A stretch of DNA of 64,000 nucleotides. Source: the human T2T-CHM13v2.0 reference genome, Homo sapiens. Where the stretch lies: NCBI RefSeq assembly GCF_009914755.1, contig NC_060933.1; one strand, given 5' to 3'. The notes beneath the pieces were generated by a model. That model worked only from the letters and a program-made list of their open reading frames with translations. It ran no database searches and was not told the origin of the DNA. This document shows positions 13,044-33,022 of this stretch, piece by piece. How positions within the stretch are numbered: the first letter of the stretch is position 1; each line of letters begins with the position of its first letter. The position numbers and the translations under genes are program-made.

Positions 13044-13424
13044 CTAGAGAAAAACAGCACATTACATCTAGACAGACAACGTTATGAAATATTACTGACT
13101 TCTCATTTGAAACCAGGGAGGCAGTTTTTATTGTGCTGAAAGAAGCAAAGCCAAAAAAATGTGAACCCAGAATCCTACATCCAGTAAACGTACCCTTCAG
13201 CGAATGATGGTGAAATCAAACATGTTCGGGTAAAAAAGCAAAAGGCAGATAAGCTTGCTTGGAATCCTGAAGCTTCCAGGAGGAAAACTTAGCGCGTTGG
13301 GAATGAATGAGGGGCACCAGATGGCGGATATGAAGACATTTTTCTATTTAAATTTCCTAAAATGTGAGAGGTCATTTAAACTCAAATAATGTCATAAGGT
13401 GGAGTTTAGACACGTTTGGAAGCA

Positions 13425-13775
13425 CAGTAAGTCTTCACTTAACACTGTTGACAGGTCCTTAGAGCATGCGACTTCTTCAAGCATTGAAGCCAGTTTACCA
13501 CAGACTGATTGATCTAAACAAGAGTGAAGTTCTTCTGCCATATTCCTGGTCACAAAAACATCGGTAAGCTTCCAAATCAAGGCCAAAGTATTTCTGATAT
13601 TAAACACTGAAATACATGTGAGCTGTACAGACATTTAAGAAAGATTAATACAAACAAGATAAATATTTACCCAGTTATTCCAGGTCAGGGTTGTGAGCGA
13701 ACAGAGCCTATCCTGGCAACTCAGGTCACCTGGCAGGAAGCAGTCCTGGGCCAGGACACCATCCTATCGCAGGGT

Positions 13776-13820
<45 letters not shown>

Positions 13821-14100
13821 CACATACACTCACATACACACACAGACACACACACATAAACACATTCACTCAGACCAGGACAACGTAGACACACCCATTC
13901 ACCTAACATGCGAGTCTTTGGGATGTGAGTGAAATTGAGGTACCTGGAGAAAACGCACACAGACACGGGAGGACATGCAGACTCCACAGACAGTGGCCCC
14001 GGCTGGGAGTGGTTTTTGTTTGTTTGTTTGTTTGTTTTTAACCTCATCAATGTTATAACAAAACAACGCTGAATGAAACGATCCTATTGACGACCTGCTG
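13425..14100 (-). mobile_element. MER6-family (TcMar-Tigger) DNA transposon, with an internal (CA)n expansion
   Basis: Ends cagtaagtcttcacttaac... and ...aacgatcctattgacgacctgctg. The internal ggtacctggagaaaacgcacacagaca...gacagtggccccgg is MER6-like. (CA)n at about 13776-13860. Confidence 0.75.
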
Positions 14101-14815
14101 TGAAATACAGGATAATAACTACCCAAAGGAGGGCAGTGTGAAAGTGGAATCACACTGTTGTAAAGGTATTTTATTGTGGGAGGTGGTACAGTATTAATCT
14201 AAGAAGACCAGTAAAGACGAATATTGTAATCCCTGGAGAAAGCACCAAGAAAATAAAACAAATAGAGCTTTTCAGGAAAAAAAAACTAGTAGAGGAAGTA
14301 AAATGTAATACTGAAAAACTGTGCAACTAGAATGCAGGAATAAAAGCAGATGGGACAAATAGAAAACAAACAGCAGAGCGACAGATGCCAACCTCACCCT
14401 GTCAGTAGTTATGCTGCAGACTCGCTCTCATCCTAAAAGGCAGAGGTTTGTCTGATGGCATCGAAAGCGAGAAACCAGCCATGTCTTCCTGCAGCACTCC
14501 TGCTTCCAACACGAAGACGCCAGCCAGGCTGGAGAAGCGCGCTTGCACGTGGCAAGCAGGTGAATCCGAGGAGAGGCAAATTACGAAGCCTGGAAGACCA
14601 CAGAGGCCGCCTTTGTGATTCCAGCACGGGGAAGCGTCTTTTAAGACACAAAAAAGCACAAAAATGATTGACAAAGTTAAGTGCATTAAAATTTAAGAAT
14701 TTCTCTTCAAAAAGGTGTCACAAAGGACACGAACAGGCAGTCTAAAAACTGGGGGAAGATTTTGCAATGCATCGGCCAAAGATTAATATCCAAAAATATA
14801 AAGAACTACAAATGA

Positions 14816-15351
<536 letters not shown>

Positions 15352-16487
15352 TCACACCAGTAGGGTCTGTGATGTGTCTGCAGGTGATATACACTGTGAT
15401 CTTGAGAATTTAAAAGGGTGTAAAAACATCATTTATGGATATATGTAGTAAAGGTATTGAGATCCGTGGGAATGATGAGTAACGAATTCAGGATAGTGAT
15501 AACTTCTCGGAAGGAGGCAGGAAAAGAAACCAGACAGGCGCTGTGTGGGGTGTCCCTTGGGTGGGGGTGGGCTCCAGTGTCTTGAGCTTCTGTTTGTGTG
15601 CCTGCAGACCTCACAGCTAGCTGCTGTCACTGAACCCGACAGAAGCCTTTCCTTACCTGCAGCCCCGCTCTTTGCCACCTTCACGTCTATTCCCACGGGG
15701 TTCCTTTGGCTGACTCTCAATCCCCTCACCCCACCACTCTGCCGCTCCCAGCCCTGCCCTCCTCCTGCCTGGTGTCTTGCTCTTGTGACAGCTGGCTTCC
15801 TTCACTAAGCTTCCTTTGCTGGCGTCTGTCTCTCACCTGCTTGATTCAGAAGTGCTTGCCCAAGGTCTCTGCCAGGTGCACCTGCTTCTGTCCTGAATTC
15901 TGTGACAGTCTGCCAGCAGTTAGGAGATTGTCAGCTGCACTATTCCAGCGATTAAAGACACTTGAAAATTAAGGCAGACCTTTAACAACCATGCATCATT
16001 TTGTATTCATAATAAAATTACAATTCTGAACACTAGCCGTGTGGGAACCGGGTGTGCTGGCTTTCCTTGAGGAAGGTGAGCATGCTGATTTAGCCCCAGG
16101 TAGGGGAGCAGTATGTGCAGTGATGCCTGCGAAACTCTATGACTGCTACACGGACTCCACCGAGATAAGGGGAGAAAGGTAATGAAGGAACATGGTTAAG
16201 TGGAGACAGGAACAGGGGAGCAAAGCAAAGCAAACACCTGAAGGGAGACGGTGGTGGAGTGCGTCTGCGGGCCTGTGTGAGGAGCACAGGCAGGAAGAAC
16301 CCTGTGTAAGGCGCGTGGATGGCACAGCGGTGTGGGCGGCACCGGCTCCCCTGCCTCTTCTGGAGCTTCCTGGGTCTGACCTCCAACCTTGCATGTCTTT
16401 GTTTTCCTTTGAGATGGTTTGATAGGTGTGATCTATTTGGTCTCCTCAGGGAAACAGAGCTGAAAGGAAATGAGAGGGTGTTCCCAA

Positions 16488-16820
16488 TCTGGGCATGGTG
16501 GCTCATGCCTGTAATCCCAGCACTGTAATCCCAGTTACGATGCCTACGACTCCCAGACCAAAGTGGGAGGATTGCTTGGGGTCAGGAGTTCAAAAACAGC
16601 CTAGGCAGTGTAGCAAGACCCTGTCTCTAGGAAAGAAAAAAGTACATTAGCCAGTCATGGTGGTGCACACCTGTAGTCCCAGCTACGTGGGAGGCTGAGG
16701 CAGGAGGATCACTTGAGCATGGGAATCAGAGGCTGTGGTGAGCTGTGATCGCACCACTGCACTCCAGCCTGGGCGATACAGCAAGACCCCATCTCAAAAA
16801 GGAGAGAAAGAAAAAAAAAA
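16488..16820 (+). mobile_element. Alu (AluJ-like), sense
   Basis: Diverged Alu body with A-rich tail. Confidence 0.9.
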
Positions 16821-17188
16821 CAAGATGTGCCCAGCAGCAAAGGAAGCAAGAGGAGGGCAGAGTCCCTGGCGTTTCCGGAGCCGTGGGGTGGGCCTGGCGC
16901 TCTTTGTGTTCCCACTTTTTGCCATCTATTATTTTAAGTTCTGTGGTACACGGACAACTATTGCTGAATCATTGACGGTGTCTTCACTGTGCCAGGCGAC
17001 TGACCACTCATGGGGCCACAGGGGGCTGCACACAGCGCTTGGACCTCGGCTGTTCCCTCGGCCTCAGCCTGGGTTTCCTTGTCATTTGAGCAGGACAGTA
17101 CCCCACCCGCATGGTAGACACCGGGTTCTCCTGGATCCCGCACTCAGGGCTGGCACACCAGGATCACAGGTATGGATTCTTTGACTAA

Positions 17189-17585
<397 letters not shown>

Positions 17586-19249
17586 TAGCTCAAGCCCTTG
17601 GGCCCTGGAGTGCCTTGTCCCCTCCCTGTCCCCTTCTTCCCTGGCCTGCTGTGAATGCTCACAGCAGGGCAGGCTCTGCACTGTGTCTGGCTGGAGGCTC
17701 CTCCCTTGCTCTCCATCAGCTGTGTCTAGGTATTACCATTTGAGGGAGGTGTCACTAGCCTCCCTCCTTGGCACCCGTCTTCCTTCCTGCTCATTGTCCG
17801 TCTCTGCCCCACAGCCAGCGCCACGGGGCAGGGTTTGCCATGCATGTGTGCTGAACCGCGGCGCCTCACACACAGGGGCCACCTGCCTCACGAGTGAATG
17901 ACTGGGGAGATCAAAGAAGGGCAGGCTTTGAGGCTGCTCAGCTCAGCATGCACTGGGAGTCCCTCCTGCATGGATTGAGGCTGCTCACCATGCACTGGGG
18001 GTCCCTCCTGCATGGACCCACAGCTCTGGGATAAGTGCCATCCTCACGCTCGCTCTCACTCCTTCCTTCAGGAGGCTTGGTCCGAGTCTTTTTAGCCCAG
18101 TGGTTGCCCACCCAGTTGTTGACGCCCAGCTTCTGTGCCCTCTTGGCTGTGGCAGCGTCCCCATGGGCTGGAAGCAGCAGCGTCTGTGATATGCTCAAAG
18201 GCCCATACTCTCGCCTTTGCCCTGAGCGCCCAGAGGTCGGAGCCCCGCCTGGTCCCTGCATCTGAAGCATCCCCTGACCTCTTCTCTCTGACGTTGTACC
18301 CTCCTCCATTGAGCAGGGGGGCTGGGCTCCAGGAGGCTGCGCTCTGCTGTCCCTGCTGTGTTCCCAGTGCCTGTGGTGGTGCTGACTGTCGACCGCAGGG
18401 GAGATGTAGCTTTAATCATGAAGGCTGCTGTGTCTGTGACAGTAGGATGTGCAGGCTGACTGTCCACCGCAGGGGAGATGTAGCTTTAATCGTGGAGGCT
18501 GCTGTGTCTGTGACATTGGGATGTGCAGGTCCTTTGACGGGTGCTGGGGAAGAGGCTGAGTCTTCTGCCTTCAGAGTAGGAATTGGCCATATGACCCTCA
18601 TTTTCAGAAAAGTTGCCTTTTTCTGGCTTAAAGAAAATTGCCCGGGCCCACTGACTGGACTCAGGAGTGGCAGGAGCCGCAGAGCTGATCAGCCTGGGTG
18701 GGCATTCTGCTCCCTGCCCAGGAGGAAGCAGGGGCGTCCGCCTCTGTCCACCTGTCCGTCTCCCACCCACAGTTCCCAGCTGCTGCTCTGATGGGGTCCC
18801 TGGCTCTCCTGCATGGAGCCACCATTGGAGGCTGAAGGAGGAGCAGAACCTGCTACAGCCCAGACTTCCTGCCAGCCAAGGCTGCTGGTGCGCTCCGGGT
18901 CTGGCCTGGGCTTACGAAGTTTCAGCTCCCGTGTGTGTGCCATTAGACTCGTTGCACGCAGCTGTGTTGGTGCGTCCCCAGTGAGTGGTGCCCAACTGGG
19001 AGCGGGCAAGGCCGACAGCACAGGGCATGTCGGGCAGGGTTGTTGGGCCTGGGCCAGTCCTGGTTCTGCCTTCATCCTGCGCTTGTGGAGCTACCTGGGC
19101 TGTGCTCTGAGGAAGAACTGTGGCCTCTGAAGGTTGCATTCAGGTCCTGAGTGAGACGCCTGCACGAGGGGCATGGTACCTGGGAGGTGCAGAGACCTCG
19201 GCGTGGGAGTCCTCATTGCTCTGGTGGTTGCCGGTCTCTGGAGCGATGA

Positions 19250-19486
<237 letters not shown>

Positions 19487-19587
19487 TGACCTCTTCCTGT
19501 GGCAGCATCGGCCCGGCACTGTGCTGTGGCTGTCCTGTGCTGGATGCAGATGGGGGATGTGAGGTCCCAGCAGAGGCCACCCTCTAG

Positions 19588-20320
<733 letters not shown>

Positions 20321-20644
20321 CCTGGCTCTCTCTTTGAAACAAAGGAAAGAAAAGTGAACATTATCATACCACGGTTTTCTAGGATGTGATTTAAGATGCT
20401 TCAGTGACAATTAGTTTTGTAAGGCCCATTTGTTTGCTCAGAAAATAGAGTTTGGAGCTGAGATAAGAGGACTCCCCAGCCTGAGAGTGGCAGCAGGTGA
20501 CTGATTAACTCAAAAGGGTGTTCACTAGAAGATCTTCAGGGACCCACAAAACCAGTGGGCCTGCCAGGGGGCTGGGTGTGGCACTGGGCACGACAGCAAG
20601 GGGCGAGGGGGTACTCTGGTCACCTCCCAAGACGGGCATAGACA

Positions 20645-20830
20645 CGCTGCAGCCCACAGAGCTGTGTCCACCGTCACAGAGGGTTCAGAAGCCAGAAATG
20701 GGAGGTGCTGCAGCCCTCAGAGGTGTGTCCACCTTCACAGAGGGTTCCAGAGGCCAGAAATGGGAGGTGCTGTAGCCCACAGAGCTGTGTCTGCCTTCAC
20801 AGAGGGTTCCAGAGGCCAGAAATGGGAAGT
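20645..20830. repeat. About 61-bp tandem repeat, 3 copies
   Basis: gcagcccacagagctgtgtcc...cacagagggttccagaggccagaaatgggaggtgct. Confidence 0.8.
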
Positions 20831-21559
20831 CCAGCCACAAATAAACCCACTAAATTGATAATAAGAAAGAAGATTTGACACAGAAAAAGAAGATTTCTAA
20901 AAGCACACTATTAAATCTCCAATGTGCTGAAGTCTGGTGTCTGAGGAGGGAGGGCTGACACTTCCTCTCAGAGCTTGAGAACGGCGTGGGCACGGGCCCT
21001 TGCCATTCATTGTTGGCACGGGGAGGTCTGCATTTGGAACCCCTCGCTGCATGTAAGCAGACCCCACCTCCCACCTAGAAACAGGGACCACTGGCTGTGG
21101 GCACCCGCTGCCTCCCTGCAGGCACGCAGGCCTCTCTGGAGTGACTGGTCCTGAGCTGCAGTGCCTCCTCCGTGGGCTGCAGGGCTTCCATGACTGTATC
21201 CAGGGGGTTTCTACCTCATTCCACCGGAGTTCTTTCCCACTGCGGGTTAGGATGACGGCACCATGAAGAGAGGAGCCCTGAGCCGGCAGAAGGAAGAGAA
21301 GAGGGAAGCAGAGGAGCCCTGAGCTGGTGGAAGGCTGTGGCGGGTACCTTGGAGGAAGAGAGGAGGGAAGCAAAGGCAGAGAACAAGGCAGAGGCCACCC
21401 CCAGGTGGGGCCACCTCACCCACCGCCCCCGGAGACTGCGTGGCGGGGAAGGCGGCCCTAGTGTGGCTGGTCGGCCTGCATGCCTGGGCAGTTTGCAGCC
21501 TGTCCAGGTGTCAGAGCTGTTAGCTCTCTGATGCTGGTGGCTGTTCCCCCAGAATGGAA

Positions 21560-23270
<1,711 letters not shown>

Positions 23271-23274
23271 TCTG

Positions 23275-23850
23275 CATTTGTGAGTCAGTTACCCATGTGT
23301 TATTCCACATGTGTCAGTCATTTGCATGTCTGTCAGTCATCCATGTATGAGTCCGTCCATGTGTGTCAGTCATCTGCATGTGTGTCCACATGTGTCAGTT
23401 GTCCATGTGTGAGTCAGTCATCTGCATGTCTGTCAGTCGTCCACATGTGTCAGTCCACATGTCTGTCAGTCGTCCACATGTGAGAGTCTGCATGTGTGAG
23501 TCAGTCATCTGCATGTGTGTGTCTCTCATCCGCATGTGTGAGTCCATCATCTGCATGTGTCATTCGTCCACGTGTGAGTCGTCCACGTGTGAGTCATCTG
23601 CATGTCTGTCAGTCGTCCATGTGTCAGTCCACATGTGTGTCAGTTGTCTACATGTAAGGGTCAGTCATCTGCATGTATGAGTCAGTCATCTGCATGTCTG
23701 TGAGTCTGTCGTCCACATGTATGAGTTGGTCATCCATGTCAGTTGTCTGCGTATGTATCAGTCATCCGCATGTGTGAGCCAGTCGTCCACATGTCAGAGT
23801 CAGTTGTCCACATGTGTGTAAAGTCAGTCGTCCAGATGTGTGTGTCAGCT
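23275..23850. repeat. Degenerate low-complexity repeat (gtcagtcatctgcatgtgt-like)
   Basis: About 570 bp of alternating gtcagt / catctgcatgt / gtccacatgt words. Confidence 0.85.
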
Positions 23851-24060
23851 CCAGGGCCCTCTCTTTTGATGCATTGATCTGCATATCTGCCTTTAGGCAA
23901 GTACTGTCCTTTCTTGACTGATGTAGCTTTACAGTAGGTCTTGCAAAATCATTTTTCTCCTCCCAAACTTGATACTGCTATTCTCCTATATTTTACACAT
24001 ATATATGTTCTGAACACCATAATAGCCATGTAGTTATTCTGTTTAAACAGTCAGTGGTCT

Positions 24061-25125
<1,065 letters not shown>

Positions 25126-25583
25126 CCTCTTACAGCTCTTTAATGCCTGGAAAGTCCTTATTTTGCTTTCATCTTTGAAAGATATTCTTAGAATTCTGGA
25201 TGCGTAGTTATTTCTTCCAATGCTTTAAATGGCGGTTTCCCTGGGTCCTCACCTGCAGTGTTTGCAGTGAGAAATCCAGTGCCACCACACAGTTATTTCT
25301 CTGTGTATAATGTGTCTTTTTTATATGGCTGCTTTTAAAATGTTTTTTCTGTATCTCTTGGTTTTAGCAATTGGATTTTCCTCTAAGCCTTAGTTTGTCT
25401 GTAAAGCAATTTGATTACTGAAGTGCTTTGGTGTTATTTTGTGTGTGTGCACGTAGGGTTCATTGAGCTTCTTGGATCTGTGGATTTAGGGTTTTTGACA
25501 AATTTGGAAATTTTTCAGTCATTATTTCTTCAAATAATGTTTTCTGCCCACCACGCTTTCCAGTATTCCAGCTGTGTATGTAG

Positions 25584-26225
<642 letters not shown>

Positions 26226-27042
26226 TAATCCAGCATCTGTGTCAAAGCCGGGCTTTTTGATTGACTGGGTTTTTCTCCCCATTGTGGGTCATGTTTCCTG
26301 TTCCTTTGCACATCTGGTAACCTGTAGCCGATGCCAGGATGTGGGTGGGTTTTGCAAAACTTGTATGGTGCTAAGGACTCTTCTTCGTGTGAATGTTCTT
26401 GAACTTTGTTCTGGAACTCAGTCACTTGAAAGCAGTCAGATCATGTTGGATTTTGCTTTTCAGGTTTGTTAGGTGGGTCTGGAGCCACCGAGGCAGGTCC
26501 GTCCATTGTCCTCCAGCCCACAGCCTGTAGATGGAGAGTGTGGCCTGCCTGGTTGTGGGGAAAGGCCCCGGCTTTGAGTGCACATTCTCAACAGGCTTGT
26601 GGCCGCTAGTGTCCTGCCGGATGACCCACTTCCTGCCGGAAGTGCACAGATCTCTGGAACCTCTCTTGGAGCTCTGTTTTCTGTCTGAGCATCCGGGGGC
26701 CCTGCCTGCCTACCCCCTGCGCCATGGTTGGAGCTCTGGTGGCAGTGAGCTGGGCAGCCACGGGCTCCCTCACAGACTCGCCTCTCAGGGGCACGGTCCT
26801 TCCCTGCCTGGTGTCTGGTGTCTTGACAACCATGGTCATAGGTTTTGACTGTTTTGTTTTACTCTTCTGGTTCTTTTAGGTGGGAAGGTAAACCTGTTCT
26901 GGTCTGTATCACCCCATTGTTTCAGGAGTGCGGTTGCTCACCAGTTGTAGGCCAGGCTTGTCGTAACTCAGCCAACTTCAGAAAGGCTGGGCGTTTGAAC
27001 AGTCCCAGAGTGGAAGGATCTTATGTGAACTGGAAGCTCTCA

Positions 27043-27330
<288 letters not shown>

Positions 27331-28224
27331 TGTAATTCTGGTTATAAAATCATAAATCATTCTGATAAAGGAAAAAGAAAAGAGGCCCCTAAGCAAGCAG
27401 CCTTTTGTTCAAGGAGCTCTGAAATGTATGGAGGAGGGAAGCCAGAAACAAAGAGCAGAGGGGTGGAGGAGCCCAAGAGCAGCAGAGGCTCTTCAGGAAA
27501 TCCACTGAGGCCTACACACGGAGTTCGCTTTTAGTTTTCTCTTTTAGAAGTCAAGGGAACAGTGAAGCCCATGCCGGGGGCTGGCCGTTTGTGGATGAAG
27601 ATGCTGGAGACCAGGCCACTCGGTTTCTGTTCTGCTTTTTTCTTCGCCTTCACTGAGCTGGAAGGGTTGACGGTGCTGCACGGTGTGGAGTTGGGAGGGG
27701 GACTGCGTGAGAGCACAAGGGTGTCTCAGAAGAGCCCGCGTCCTTCTCTCTTGGGGGTGACCCTGCCTACCTGCAGAGCCAGTCCCTGGGATGTGGCGGC
27801 GGCCCTGCGCCCTCGGAGGGAGGCGGGGCAGAGCTCAAATGGAAGCAGAGCCTGCGGGGTGGAGACCGCACCCCTGCAGGGGTCTGCCTTGGGCCCCGAG
27901 CCTCCTCAGCCGCCGCAGCAAAGCGGTCAGTCAGGCGGGGCTTGGTTTATGGCATCTGGGAAGATCGCTGACCATTCCCGAGGGGAAGGAGGCTGCAGCC
28001 GGCGCTCCCAGACACCAGCAGAGCAGAACACACTTCAGGAACGTGAAACGCTCACGTGCTTTTAATCCAGCAATCCTGCCTCTGAGGATGCATCCTTGAG
28101 AAATAATGTAGAAAATGAAAAGCACTAAAATATTTGCTGGCATTGTATTCCAGAAATATACCAACAGACATAAACCAAGTGTTCAGTAAAGGAAAGGTCC
28201 GGAAGCTGAGTGACTGTGGGGGAA

Positions 28225-28725
28225 GGGTCCGGAGGCGGTTCCGATGCCGCCCTGTGTGGACCGTCGGTGATGGGTCCGGAGGCGGTTCCGATGCCGCCCT
28301 GTGTGGACCGTCGGTGATGGGTCCGGAGGTGGTTCCGATGCCGCCCTGTGTGGACCGTCGGTGATGGGTCCGGAGGCGGTTCCGATGCTGCCCCTCGTGG
28401 ACTGTGGGTGATGGGTCCGGAGGCGGTTCCGATGCCGCCCCGTGTGGACCGTCGGTGATGGGTCCGGAGGCGGTTCGGATGCCGCCCTGTGTGGACCGTC
28501 GGTGATGGGTCCGGAGGCGGTTCCGATGCTGCCCCTCGTGGACTGTGGGTGATGGGTCCGGAGGCGGTTCCGATGCCGCCCCGTGTGGACCGTCGGTGAT
28601 GGGTCCGGAGGCGGTTCCGATGCCGCCCCGCGTGGACCGTCGGTGATGGGTCCGGAGGCGGTTCCGATGCCGCCCCGCGTGGACCGTCGGTGATGGGTCC
28701 GGAGGCGGTTCCGATGCCGCCCTGC
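28225..28725. repeat. 47-bp CpG-rich minisatellite (about 10.6 copies)
   Basis: gggtccggaggcggttccgatgccgccctgtgtggaccgtcggtgat, near-identical units. Confidence 0.95.
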
Positions 28726-29134
28726 GTGAAAGGCGCTCCTCGCACGGCGCCAACTGGAGGAGGCCTCAGTACCTGGGAGCCTCTGGTGATGACGAAGGGT
28801 CAGGGACAGGTGGGCATCAGGCTTAGGAAACAGCGTGGGCGTGTTCCTCATTCCGTTTATCGCTGTTTTATCCCTGGGGCGATAGAGTTAGGGATACTTC
28901 ATTGTTCTGATTTATATTCTTGGCTGCCTGGCAGAGTTGAACATTTTCTTATGTTTACCGTTCATCTTTTTCTTACCTACGTTTTTTATTTTCTTCTCCT
29001 TTGCACATATTTTTTCAGAATTACAGTGTTCTAATTTACTGTGTGATTATAAATCATCTATATTTTACATGTGGCACAAGTATTTCTCCAAATTTTATTT
29101 GTTTTATTTAAAAGAGGCCTTTTTTAAAGTAAAA

Positions 29135-29450
<316 letters not shown>

Positions 29451-29744
29451 TAATCAAATTTGCACGTCCTTTTTTCAAATCTTTCAAAAGCATTATCCTA
29501 TCCTATGACTATACCCCTGCTTGGAAATGAATATAATTTTTAAAAATACATGAAAGAAAAGTGCCTCCAAGTGTTAATATGTTGAGTGTAGGTTGATATA
29601 ATTCTGGATGACCTTTTCCCTATTTTTATTCTTTACTGTGATTATGCTACTTTTATAATTATGTTATTTTTACAATGAAACAAACAAAACATGAAACGAA
29701 GTGCCTTCCAGAGTTGAGATGGGCGCTAGGTTCCCATCCGGTGA

Positions 29745-30053
<309 letters not shown>

Positions 30054-30492
30054 TGAGTGCAGTGCTTCCCCCAGCGCGGGCTGGCGCTGACCTGACCTGG
30101 GCGCCCAGAGAAACCGCTTGACAGTCTTGTGTTCACACTTGGGGCGTGAGTGGACACAGGCCCTCTGTTCCTTCGTGTGGAAGTCCATCCTTGGTGTTCC
30201 ACACGCAGAGAAGTGTCTTTCCCAGTCCACGTTTGAGATCAGCTGTGGTTTATTTCTGGGTTAGGGAGGATTGTCATGAAAAAATTCCCAAGTTGGAGTC
30301 TCAGACCTGATACTCCTCACATGGCTGAGGGGCAGCATGGGAACAGCCCTGCTCCCAGCAGGGACCTGCCAGCTCAGAGTCCCCGAGAGGCTCAGGGTGC
30401 CTTCTGGGAGCAGTGCCACCCACAGCCAGGGCTGGAGTTGCTGGGGGCTGTGGCACTCGCCACTCAGGGCCCTTTTAAAACTTGAGACCTTC

Positions 30493-30800
30493 AGCTGGGT
30501 GGTGGTGGCTCACGCCTGTAATCCCAGCACTTTGGGAGGCTGAGGCAGGCAGATCACCTGAGGTCAGGAGTTTGAGACTAGCCTGGCCAACATGGTGAAA
30601 CCCCATCTCTACTAAAATACAAAAATTAGCCGGCCATGGTGGCATGTGCCTGTAACCCCAGCTACTCCAGAGGCTGAGGCAGGCGAATCGCTTGAACCCA
30701 GGAGGCAAGAGATTGCAGTGAGTGGAGATTGCGACGCTACACTCCAACCTGGGCGACAGAGTGAGATTCTGTCTCAAAAAAAACCCAAAAAACAAAAAAA
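30493..30800 (+). mobile_element. Alu (AluS), sense
   Basis: Full Alu with TSD-like aaa(a/g)cttgagacctt. Confidence 0.95.
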
Positions 30801-31362
30801 GCTTGAGACCTTGATCCCATAAAGTCATCCACACTCAGGTTGTTGTTGGTGGCCTGGGATGGAGTGTGTGTTTGGCTGCTGGGGAAGGACAGGGAACTGT
30901 GGGTGCTCCAGGCACCAGCCTCCAGTGACTCCCTGGCCCCTACACATGGGGCTGTGCCCTCCCACATGTGGATCTCACGGTGGCTCAGCCAGGTTGGTCA
31001 TCTGGTTGTGTGAAGCCCAGCTCCACGTACGATGACTGCAGTCTGGATGCAGTGAGCAGGAGTGGAACTGAGGACTGCTCACGCTGTGCGTGGCCCAAGC
31101 TTGGCCTCTCTCCCTCCTTGCTTCCCTTCTTATCCTTGAGGGTAAATTTGAATGAAAAATCCAAGAAAAATCAAATGCCGCCCTGGATTTTACACTCTTC
31201 CTGCTAAGAAAACAGCCTGCTGACTTTGACAGTGAATGTGGGAGAGGAGGAAGGGAATCATGTTCCTGGGTGAGCTAAAGCCCGTCTTTGCAGAGTCATT
31301 GCTGAGCAGACTTGTTCAAGTTATCTCACAGTGAATAGTGTTCCCTTTATTGTTAGTGATGA

Positions 31363-31611
<249 letters not shown>

Positions 31612-31691
31612 TGAGCCCAGCCCCAGGACGGCTTTGTGGCAAATCAGCGGTCAGCAGGGCTTTGGGAACTTGCGGTGAAAGCTGCTCCTGA

Positions 31692-31982
<291 letters not shown>

Positions 31983-32725
31983 TGAAGGGCTGACTCAGGC
32001 CAGGACATGGGACAGGCAGAAGCTTCTTGAGCCTGGGGTCCTGGGTTCTCACCACTCAGAGCAGGAGGGCTTATGGGGGGCTTCCCAGGAAGACCTCATT
32101 CTCTTTGTAGTTGCCTCCCGTGAAAGAGCTGGAAGGCAGATAAAGGTTCTGTCAGGCCCAGCCCTGGGCCCTCTCATTGCTCTTCCAAGGCTTCTTACCG
32201 ACCCAAAGCAGTGGCAGGCATCTTTGTGCCTTTTTTGTAACCTCACACTCAGGGGCCCCGGTGTGGCTTCGTGCTGGGGGCACAGGCGAGAGGAGCCCTT
32301 GCGAGGCCTGCAGGACGACCTGGATCCCTGCACCTCCCAGCCCCCGGAGAGATGGGTCCAGCACATGCCAGCTTTCCCAGCCTCCGAGTGCATGCAGCCT
32401 GGTGCCCTCACTGCTTGCGCCTTCTCGAGCACTTTCCTTGTGGCTCTGCTTGTGGGCAGCTCCCTCCTCTTCCCAGGCCGGGCACTGCCCAGGCCCCCCC
32501 CCCCCCCGCCCCCCGCCCCACAAGGTGTGTCAGGCTCTGTGTTCTTGCCTTTCCCATCGAGCATCTGGCCACAAATGCAGCCGCCGCCCAGCCCTTCACC
32601 CACCCCACGTCACCCACTGCCGCGTCGCTGCCCTGCCTGCCCCCTGTCCCTCTGTCAGGGTCCTCAGCCAGAGCTCCCTCCCACAGGCACTCGACATGTT
32701 TCTGCCTGCACAGCCTTCTCCCTAA

Positions 32726-33022
<297 letters not shown>

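Noticed and set aside
28052-28851. Three overlapping minus-strand ORFs of over 200 aa
   Set aside because: Translation of the 47-bp VNTR, with no coding evidence.
32494-32520. C14 run and C-rich tract as a regulatory element
   Set aside because: A simple homopolymer with possible G4 on the minus strand and no further support.
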